The notes beneath the pieces are model-generated. The model saw only the letters and a program-made list of their open reading frames with translations, ran no database searches and was not told the DNA's origin. From positions 1-15,910 of the forward strand of contig JAYGFR010000081.1 in the NCBI GenBank assembly GCA_046581755.1: a stretch of 15,910 nucleotides of DNA. Direction: 5' to 3'. Positions 1 to 6,432 of the stretch are shown in pieces. The stretch is from Nitrospinota bacterium (lineage in GTDB: Bacteria > UBA8248). A program made the position numbers and the translations under genes. Numbering within the stretch: the stretch's first letter is position 1; every line of letters starts with the position of its first letter.

Positions 1-96
1 CAAGCCCCTCGCCGGTACGGCGAAAAGTTGCTAGGGAAAATACCAAAGGGCATTGGCCATGACTCGTCGCCGGCCCGTACATCGGGAATGTGGCGG

Positions 97-122
97 GGCC
101 GGTGAGATAATTCGAGGCCGGG
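97..122. repeat. Near-identical copy (24/26 bp) of positions 446-471, the 3' end of the SDR gene; probable remnant of a duplicated or paralogous SDR
   Basis: GGCCGGTGAGATAATTCGAGGCCGGG (97-122) vs GGCCGGTGAGGTAATCCGAGGCCGGG (446-471). The minus strand reads PASNYLTG vs PASDYLTG in the SDR. Confidence 0.8.
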
Positions 123-404
123 CGCAAAATGCGGCGCCTCCGCGCATTTCCTGTTGCACTCAATTTACCAAAGGGCGGTATGTTTCACACGCGGGAGGGG
201 GAAGCGCCCGGATACCGCCAGCGGACCCCATAGGCCTCGAATTCGGAAATATTAACATGACCGAGAAGTTGAACCACATCCGCAGGATAGCGGAGGAAAA
301 GGGCATGGGCCTCCCCCGCCGGGCGGGATGCGGTTTATGGAGATTGAGGGAGTTTGCGGAGAACATGTCACCTACAATGTATCGGGGGGCGCCCGACGCG
401 CCCC

Positions 405-1166
405 TCAGCCGCCCGCGCTCCGGCCCCCGTCCACGATGATGTGCTGGCCGGTGAGGTAATCCGAGGCCGGGGAGCACAGGAACACCGCCGCCCCGGCGAC
501 GTCCCCGGGCTCTCCCGCGCGGCCCGCCGGGGTGCGGGCAAGGACGGCCTCCATCTTTTGGGGGTCGGCGTACAGCCCTTCGGTCAGGGGCGTCCGGGTG
601 AGCTGGGGGCCCAGCGCGTTGACCTGGATATTGTGGGGCGCCCATTCGACGGCCAGCGCCCGCGTCATGGCGACAACCGCGCCCTTGGCCGCGATGTAGG
701 GGGCCTGATTGGGCACGGCGCGCTCGGCCAGAAACGAGGTGACGAAAAGAATCTTCCCGCCGCCGCGCCCGATCATGGCCCGGGCCGCCTCCTGGGCGCA
801 GGAGAACGCCCCCCGGACATGGACGCCGAGGAGTTCATCGAGCTCTCCGGCCGTGAATTCGAGCGCCGGCTTCACGATGAGGCGGCCCGCGCACGTCACC
901 ATGGCATCGAGCCGCCCGTGCTCTTTGGCGACCGCCGCCGCCATCGCGGCCACCTCACCTGGCACGGAGACATCGCAAGGCGCAAACGAGGCCGAAAGAC
1001 CCTCGCCGCAAAGGGCATGGGCCGCCTCCTCGCCCGTTTCGCGCGATCGGCTCGATAGCACCACCAGCGCACCGGCATTGGCTAGCGCGCGCGCGATGGC
1101 CAGCCCGATTCCGGTGGCGCCGCCGGTGACGACGGCCACGCGGTCTTCCATGGAGAATGGGTTCAT
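405..1166 (-). CDS. SDR family NAD(P)-dependent oxidoreductase (gluconate 5-dehydrogenase/KduD-like)
   Basis: 253 aa. TGGATGIG Rossmann motif, YIAAK catalytic motif, QVNALGP, TPAGRAGEPGD and YLTGQHIIVDGG C-terminus. AGAGGA RBS upstream of the ATG. Confidence 0.93.
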   Translation of the reverse strand: MNPFSMEDRVAVVTGGATGIGLAIARALANAGALVVLSSRSRETGEEAAHALCGEGLSASFAPCDVSVPGEVAAMAAAVAKEHGRLDAMVTCAGRLIVKPALEFTAGELDELLGVHVRGAFSCAQEAARAMIGRGGGKILFVTSFLAERAVPNQAPYIAAKGAVVAMTRALAVEWAPHNIQVNALGPQLTRTPLTEGLYADPQKMEAVLARTPAGRAGEPGDVAGAAVFLCSPASDYLTGQHIIVDGGRSAGG

Positions 1167-1211
1167 GCCGGGTTCCTCTTCATTTCCGTGTGGCGAATGG
1201 AGGCAAGGGAC

Positions 1212-1643
1212 CTAATGAGGCTCTTGAAGAATTTCGACGAGGTTACCGTCCGGGTCCCGGAAATAGCCCACCTTCCGCCCGGTGGGAGTGGTCACGGGCG
1301 CATCGGTCGAGAAGGGATATCCTGCCTCCTGGATTTTCGAGAACACCTCGGCGGCATCCTCGACCCGGAAGCAGAAATGGGTGATTCCCAAATCGTTGGC
1401 CATGAGGCGGGCCTTGTCCTCGCCCCCGGGCTGGATGAACTCCATCAGTTCGAGAATATCGTCCCCCACCTTGAGGTGGACGATGCGGAATTTGGGCTCT
1501 TTCAGTTCGAGGAGTTTCTCGATCATCTCCCCCTCGAAGATCATGTCCTGGACCTTCTCCAGGCCCAGAAGCTCCTGATAAAGCGAAAGGGATCTTTCCA
1601 TGTCGCTTACGCAAATGCATGGATGATGAATGCCGTGGATCAC
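1212..1643 (-). CDS. VOC/glyoxalase family protein (143 aa)
   Basis: Start trimmed from ORF 1212..1922 to the GTG at 1643, which follows GAGGAGG. IHHPCICVSDMERSLSLY, LELMEF, THFCFRVED and YFRDPDGNLVEI supply the H/E/H/E metal ligands typical of the VOC fold. Confidence 0.92.
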   Translation of the reverse strand: MIHGIHHPCICVSDMERSLSLYQELLGLEKVQDMIFEGEMIEKLLELKEPKFRIVHLKVGDDILELMEFIQPGGEDKARLMANDLGITHFCFRVEDAAEVFSKIQEAGYPFSTDAPVTTPTGRKVGYFRDPDGNLVEILQEPH

Positions 1644-1713
1644 CGCGCTGCCTCCTCGTTTGGCGCCCCTGCCCTGCCGCTGCGAAGCGGGGGCCGGGAC
1701 GCTGGCTGAACTT

Positions 1714-3009
1714 TTAGAGAGTGTGCGAGGCCTCCCGCGTGAATCGTTCGAGGGCTTCGCGCGCCGGGGGGCCGAATCCCTCGAACATTTCGATAGTCGC
1801 TTTCTTGCTGCCCTCCACGGCGGGCTGATCGAACGGGCTGACCTCCCGCAATAGGCCCCCGTATACCGCCGCCCACTGCCACAGGGCGATGGCGGACGCC
1901 ACATCCCCAGCTCCAAGGCCATCGAGGGTGAGCGTCATCTGCGGCGTACCGCGGCGATCGGCCTCGGCCGCGACGCCGGCGTGTTCGAGATCGAGGAAAT
2001 CCGCCGCCGAAACCTCGCCCCGGAGAGGCATATCGTTTTCGTGGGATTGGACGCGGACGCTCAGGGCCGCCATGTTCCGGCGCCCGCCGAAGTAGCGCTG
2101 ATTCGTGTGGTGCTGACTTTCGGGAGCTTGGGCAAAAAGAACGGTCTGGCCTTTTCCCGATTTGCAGTAGCTCTCGTGCACCAGCTGGACGATGAGTTCT
2201 CCAAGCCCCGAGAGCGCCTTGCAATAGACGGGGAGGAACAATTCGGTGTAGCCACCCAGTTCGGCGCGCCACAGCTCCAAGGCCAGCGCCTTGGCCATAT
2301 TCCCAGCGGGCGAAACCGATGGAGCCAGCCGCGAATGCGCCTCCTCGAAAGCGGCGTTCACCGCCCGCGCCGCATCGGCGCCGCCCAGCGCCAGCGAGAG
2401 CGGGAGGAGGGCGTTGTTCTGGCCCGCCGTGAACCGCCCGCCCACCTCTTCGGGGTGGGGAAACCGATCGAACCCCTTTTCCTCCGCCAGCGCCGTTAGC
2501 TTGCTCGGGCCGGGGCCGATTACGGCCAGCACCGGATAGCCCCGTTCGGCGAGGAGGCGGGTTTCCTGGACCACGTTTTCCGTATCGCCCGACTTGCTCA
2601 CGGAAACGACCAGCGTATTCGCCGGGCTGAACCGGCCCCCGCCCGCCGCAAGCTCTCCAAACAGGCCGCTCGGGTCGGTCCCGTCCAGAAGGTGAAGCTC
2701 CCTTGCTGCTCCGCCTCCGGCCAGCGCCCCGTACAGCGCCCAAACATTCCGGATCGAGCCGCCGTTGCCAACGACGACGATGTGCGCCTTCCTCTCGGCC
2801 AGGGCCAGCCTGGCTTCGATTTCGGCGAAATCCGGGCGCACACCCGCGAAGGCCGGGAGTGGCCGCCCGCCCAGATACCGGCCAATGGCTTCCGAGCAGG
2901 CAGCCGGATCGCCCAGCAGCGTCCTGCCCCTATCCATCATTTGGGCGCTATCGCCGATTTCTTCTCCCAGCGCGGCGCTCCAGCCCTTGGTGTAGAGATA
3001 AAGTCCCAC
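1714..3009 (-). CDS. pgi: Glucose-6-phosphate isomerase (divergent)
   Basis: 431 aa. VVVGNGGS, VSKSGDTEN, VGGRFT, QLVHES (catalytic Glu), SQHHTNQ (catalytic His) and PFDQPAVEGSKK (catalytic Lys). Confidence 0.87.
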   Translation of the reverse strand: MGLYLYTKGWSAALGEEIGDSAQMMDRGRTLLGDPAACSEAIGRYLGGRPLPAFAGVRPDFAEIEARLALAERKAHIVVVGNGGSIRNVWALYGALAGGGAARELHLLDGTDPSGLFGELAAGGGRFSPANTLVVSVSKSGDTENVVQETRLLAERGYPVLAVIGPGPSKLTALAEEKGFDRFPHPEEVGGRFTAGQNNALLPLSLALGGADAARAVNAAFEEAHSRLAPSVSPAGNMAKALALELWRAELGGYTELFLPVYCKALSGLGELIVQLVHESYCKSGKGQTVLFAQAPESQHHTNQRYFGGRRNMAALSVRVQSHENDMPLRGEVSAADFLDLEHAGVAAEADRRGTPQMTLTLDGLGAGDVASAIALWQWAAVYGGLLREVSPFDQPAVEGSKKATIEMFEGFGPPAREALERFTREASHTL

Positions 3010-3010
3010 T

Positions 3011-4048
3011 TCAAGCCACTCCCGAGCCCGGTTCTCCTAAGCCCTCAGGCGCCAAAGGCGCAATCGCGAAATGGGCCGCAAATGAAGTCCGCACGATGGG
3101 GATGAGCCCCGCCTCGGGTGGAGCGCCCAAAGCCCCCCTAGTGCGAATATTTCGAAACGATTCGGCGCAATCCGCCGGGAAACGCAAGAAAACGCGCCGA
3201 GGACCGCGTATATTCGCCCGCCCCTTTTCCGGCCCCAAATGTCCGAAAACCCCAGCAAATGCGCCAAGGCCCCCCTCGCCGAAACGCCTCAATCCGCCCG
3301 GAAATTCGACGGTGAGCGGCGGAGGAGCCTATCGATCTCGCGGAGGTAGGCCTCGCCATGGGTTCCATGGGCGGCGGCCCCAGCCCCCGCGCCATATTTT
3401 ATCGCTTTACTGCGAAAGAAGAACCTCCCCCCCCCTTCACCGCCCGGAGCTTGTCCAGGCTTTCGAGGGTCTGGCGAATATCCTCGTAGATGGGGAGCGC
3501 GCCCGGCCCAGGCACGACATCGCCGCACATCAGAGCACCCTCGACTGGAAGAAAAAGAGAAATACTCCCCGGCGAGTGGCCCGGGGTGTGAAGGACCTCT
3601 ACCCGGACGCCCCCTCCCAGGGTTTGGTATCGGGCGAATCCCCCTCTTCGAGCAGGTCACTCACCTCCACCGGCCCCGATGTATTTTGCTCGCGCATTTT
3701 CCGGCCGGGCGAATCCGCTCCTGATATTCCAGGTTTTCGATGATCTTCCGATCCAGCGAGTACGCGAAAAATCGGGGCTCCGCCCTCTCGGCGAAAATGC
3801 CGTTTCCGCCCGCATGGCCGAAGTGGCCGTGGGTGTTGATAACGTACTCAATCTCCTCGGGGCGGCGGTCCAGCGATTCGATATACGAAAAAATCGCGTC
3901 GGCGCTCGATTTGACCCCGGCATCCACGACAGGCAGCCCGTCGGCTTCGATAACATAGGCGGAGACCCAAGCGCGGAATTATCGCGCCCGAGTCCATCTC
4001 AATCTCGAAATGAAGCTAGAGAGAGTGGACGTGCTCCGTTACGCGCAT
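3011..4048 (-). pseudogene. Decayed MBL-fold metallo-hydrolase
   Basis: ATG at 4048 after GAGGA. Collinear pieces across frames: MRVTEHVHSL*(TAG 4016-4018)LHFEIE; VSAYVIEADGLPVVDAGV...INTHGHFGHAGG; GPVEVSDLLEEGD; VEVLHTPGHSPGSISL...LMCGD; EAYLREID; LGAPPEAGLIPIVRTSFAAH ending at TGA 3011-3013. Several frameshifts, one at a C9 run (3427-3435), and a further TAA at 3407-3409. Confidence 0.85.
3074..3304. repeat. Degenerate tandem duplication (3074-3182 vs 3231-3304) in the 3' end of the MBL pseudogene
   Basis: Collinear shared blocks: GGCC(G/C)CAAATG, GTCCG, GCGCC(C)AA(A/G)GCCCCCCT, CGAAACG and CAATCCGCC(G/C)GGAAA (3168-3182 vs 3290-3304, 14/15 identical). Confidence 0.7.
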
Positions 4049-4142
4049 TCTGGTTCCTCGCGGCCGGGACGGTGACTGCACGTGAAGACCAGGCCGGGGG
4101 CGATCAGGACGCGGATAATGCGGTGTCCGCGCCTCGTTCGAA

Positions 4143-5020
4143 TTGGCCCGCCATCTCGGCGGCGCAACCTTCGAGATCGTCACCGCCATGGCCAATGTCA
4201 TCAGCGATAACTCGGGGGACGCCTGGAGATCACGACATCTTTGACCGGATGCTCCACAGCCAACGTACGGGTTCTTCAGAAAAAGGACAAGAACCAGCCT
4301 TTCCTGATGGGCATGGCGAACAGCCCCGCCGTTTATTGGGGCCACAACACCAAAAACCATTTCAAGAAAAAACGAGACATCCTGGCACTGACGGCGCCCT
4401 ACCCCCTGACCGCCGATTACCTCACCTTCAAATAGAGCGGCATCAAAAAGTGGGCCGACCTGCCGGGAAAGCGTTTCGTGGTCAGCGACCGGGGCGGCTC
4501 TATTTTCATCGTCACTCAGAACCTTTTGCGCTACAGCGGGAAGTTTGAAAAGGTGAAGCGGGATATTTTTCGCCTCCGCAAAATGCCGCCGCGCTTAAGG
4601 ACCGCCAGCGGAACGCTGGGTTTTCGTTCATGAATGCCTACCTCTTAATACCGGTCTACATAGATTTGATGCGCACTCAAAAGGGAAAACTTCACTTCTT
4701 CGGCCCGGACGAGGTGACGATCAAAAAAAATGGAAACGGGAGGCCCTGAACCGTTCACGATATCGTGCCCGCCGGCTCCATGCCCGGGCAGAAAAGACCT
4801 ATCGTCAATTGGGCCAGAATTGGCCCCTCATAGCCACATGCGAAATGAGGAATGAAAATGCTTGCCTGGTTGTAAAGACCCTGATAGAGAACCACAAGCA
4901 GATTACTCGCCCCCAACCCATCGGGAAGGAAAGCAATCCTCAAAACGCCCTGAAGGGCGTTGGCCAGCTAAAATTTCACACGGGAGAGTTCGCTACAGGA
5001 GCGAAAATGGCCGAATGTAG
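4143..5020 (+). pseudogene. Decayed TAXI-family TRAP transporter solute-binding subunit
   Basis: Collinear pieces across frames: LGGATFEIVTAMANVI; LEITTSLTGCSTANVR...GMANS...YP; TAG at 4433-4435; SGIKKWADLPGKRFVV; AALKDRQRNAGF; IVPAGSMPGQ; VVKTLIENHKQI..PIGKE...NALKG...FHTG; VRY..ENG.M*(TAG 5018-5020). These match TAXI motifs I recall (TGGS..N, DLKGK, ALKDG, IPAGTYPG, LHPGA.RYY). No clear start or signal peptide. Confidence 0.78.
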
Positions 5021-5041
5021 CCTCTTAATCAAATCACCAAT

Positions 5042-5074
5042 AAATGCCCTTCGCTCCGGCGGGGGGCGTTTTTT
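5042..5074 (+). terminator. Intrinsic terminator after the TAXI pseudogene
   Basis: AAATGCCCTTCGC-TCCG-GCGGGGGGCGTTT stem with G:U pairs, ending in T6 (5069-5074). It starts 21 nt after the TAG at 5020. Confidence 0.75.
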
Positions 5075-5364
5075 GTGTCTTTTCCCTCCCTCCGGCTATT
5101 CGCAAAACCGGGCATTGGATATGAAGTGTTGTCACCGCCGCCCCGCGAATAAAAGCACACGACCCCAACCTTCATCGGGCCATCGCTGGTTATCGAATGA
5201 AGGAAATAACATCTCCTCGAGTAATTCCCCCGCAACAAAATCGAAAATGAACCGGCAGAAATCACCCTTGCATTTATTGAACAAAATAATTCTCGACCGA
5301 TCCGTGGAAATATTTTGCCATTTTTTTCATGTTCAATGCCGCAAAAATTAATAATCAAAGCCCG

Positions 5365-5455
5365 TTTTTTTATTTTCTTTTTTCAGTAAAAATAAAAAAA
5401 ATGAGAAATTGTTTAAAATAACGCTTGACCTATCGAAACACATATGGAATAAATT
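5365..5455 (+). promoter_or_regulatory. Putative sigma70 promoter with A/T-tract (UP-element-like) upstream region for the histone-like gene
   Basis: TTGACC at 5425-5430 preceded by long A/T tracts. The -10 is weak and ambiguous within AATAAATT (5448-5455). Confidence 0.45.
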
Positions 5456-5591
5456 TCCTGGCATGAGTATTTTTTATGCGATTGTAGGTATATGAAACAT
5501 CTTTTGATGCGTCGGCTCCATGATGTCGCTTGCTTCGCCGATGTAACGCGCTTCCATCGCGCGCCTGACCGCCCGGCCGGGAGAACGTTGT

Positions 5592-5768
5592 ATGGCAACA
5601 AAGAAGAAAGCCAAGAAGAAAGCAGCAAAGAAAAAAACAGCGAAGAGGAAGGTGACCAAGAAGAAGGTGACCAAGAAGAAGGTGACCAAGAAGAAGGCCA
5701 CCAAGAAGAAGGCTAAAAAGAAGGCCACCAAGAAGAAGGCCAAGAAAAAAGCCAAAAGGAAAAGGTAA
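5592..5768 (+). CDS. 58-aa lysine-rich histone H1/protamine-like DNA-binding protein (not in the ORF track)
   Basis: MATKKKAKKKAAKKKTAKRKVTKKKVTKKKVTKKKATKKKAKKKATKKKAKKKAKRKR*. GGGAG RBS upstream. The ATG and TAA bracket the low-complexity tract exactly, third-position variation (AAG/AAA, GCC/GCT/GCA/GCG) is synonymous in this frame, and a terminator follows. Confidence 0.85.
   Translation: MATKKKAKKKAAKKKTAKRKVTKKKVTKKKVTKKKATKKKAKKKATKKKAKKKAKRKR
5651..5749 (+). repeat. 15-bp coding tandem repeat GG(TG/CC)ACCAAGAAGAA encoding (V/A)TKKK
   Basis: Three exact GGTGACCAAGAAGAA units (5651-5695), GGCCACCAAGAAGAA at 5696-5710 and 5723-5737, and 12-bp AKKK variants at 5711-5722 and 5738-5749. 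Confidence 0.95.
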
Positions 5769-5803
5769 AATCTCCTAATCGATTCAAGAGCAAGCGACTT
5801 GAC

Positions 5804-5838
5804 AAAGGGGCCCTGTCGAAAGATGGGGCTCCTTTTTT
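5804..5838 (+). terminator. Intrinsic terminator of the histone-like gene
   Basis: AAAGGGGCCCTGTC-GAAA-GATGGGGCTCCTTTTTT: a 14-bp stem with G:U pairs, a GNRA tetraloop and a T6 tail. Confidence 0.88.
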
Positions 5839-5996
5839 GACAATAAATCGCCCCTCTTCGGCCCTTCGGAGACCTCCCCCTTTCCCTAGCCTGTCCGGCT
5901 GGGGTATAAATCCGTCCCGGGACAGGCAGCCGATATGATTCAATAGGATGGCATTGAAGAGCCCATGGGAAAAACGACTAAATAAGGGGATTTGCC

Positions 5997-6416
5997 GTGG
6001 ATGCACGGACACTGACCTATACCGCTTTTTCCGTAATAGGATTTGGAATTTGGGGGTTTTTGATGAATCTGGGCCAAGAGCGCCTGGGGGCGCTTTCCCA
6101 CCTGACGGCCATGGGACTCATCGTGGCCATCATCGTGGTCATGGGTCTTTCCGGGGGCCTGCTCCCCCTCCCCGAATTCAACCCACATCTGTGGCTTCCG
6201 CTGGGAGCGGCTCTGGCCACAATGGCGGCCATGTTGTTCCTCACATTGGCATTAGGTGCTTCAGGCGGGAACACTGCGGCGGTGGTCGCCCTTTCCGCCC
6301 TATATCCCGGAATCACGGCCATTTTGGGCGCCATATTTCTGGGAGAAGGGTTTTCTCTCGCCAAAATCGCCGGCCTGTGCTGCGCAGCGGCCGCAGCCTA
6401 CCTTTTCACCCGATAG
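5997..6416 (+). CDS. EamA/DMT family membrane transporter (single-repeat, about 5 TM)
   Basis: 139 aa, hydrophobic. GFGIWGFL at the N-terminus and AVVALSALYP.ITAILGAIFLGE.FS..KIAG at the C-terminus. AAGGGGA RBS before the GTG. Confidence 0.88.
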   Translation: MDARTLTYTAFSVIGFGIWGFLMNLGQERLGALSHLTAMGLIVAIIVVMGLSGGLLPLPEFNPHLWLPLGAALATMAAMLFLTLALGASGGNTAAVVALSALYPGITAILGAIFLGEGFSLAKIAGLCCAAAAAYLFTR

Positions 6417-6432
6417 CGGGATACCCGACTGC

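Noticed and set aside
1..53. Possible minus-strand CDS start MPFGIFPSNFSPYRRGA running off the left edge
   Set aside because: Only 17 codons are visible, the RBS is weak and there is no motif; it cannot be supported from this window.
97..471. 97-122 / 446-471 pair as a DGR template and variable repeat
   Set aside because: Too short, the two mismatches are not both at adenines on one strand, and there is no reverse transcriptase in the window.
805..830. SDR has VHVRG where the tetrad Asn (vN..G) usually sits
   Set aside because: His at this position occurs in known active SDR subfamilies, so it is not evidence of novelty.
4944..4961. AACGCCC-TGAA-GGGCGTT hairpin
   Set aside because: It lies inside the TAXI coding remnant (NALKGV), has no U-tract, and is probably incidental.
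3679..5351. ORFs 3679..4548, 4016..4360, 4809..5351 and the overlapping 2703..3743 as real genes
   Set aside because: They are off-frame or antisense read-throughs of pgi and the two pseudogenes. Only short parts (the tail of 4016..4360 and the first 60 or so codons of 4809..5351) carry real remnants.
5260..5480. AT-rich stretch as a replication origin
   Set aside because: I found no DnaA boxes (TTATCCACA-like) and no origin-associated genes nearby. A promoter region explains it.
5651..5749. Tandem repeat as a possible CRISPR array
   Set aside because: The units are contiguous 12-15 bp with no unique spacers, they are coding, and no cas genes are present.
5474..5755. Phe-rich minus ORF (5474..5755) and acidic EEGDQ plus ORF (5492..5716)
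   Set aside because: Both are shadows of the Lys-rich repeat. Only the Lys frame has an RBS plus ATG at the tract start, a stop at its end, synonymous third-position variation and a terminator.
5946..6005. GATGGCATT as a fluoride riboswitch core
   Set aside because: The flanking P1 pairing and the downstream ATGATGCC-type pseudoknot partner are missing.
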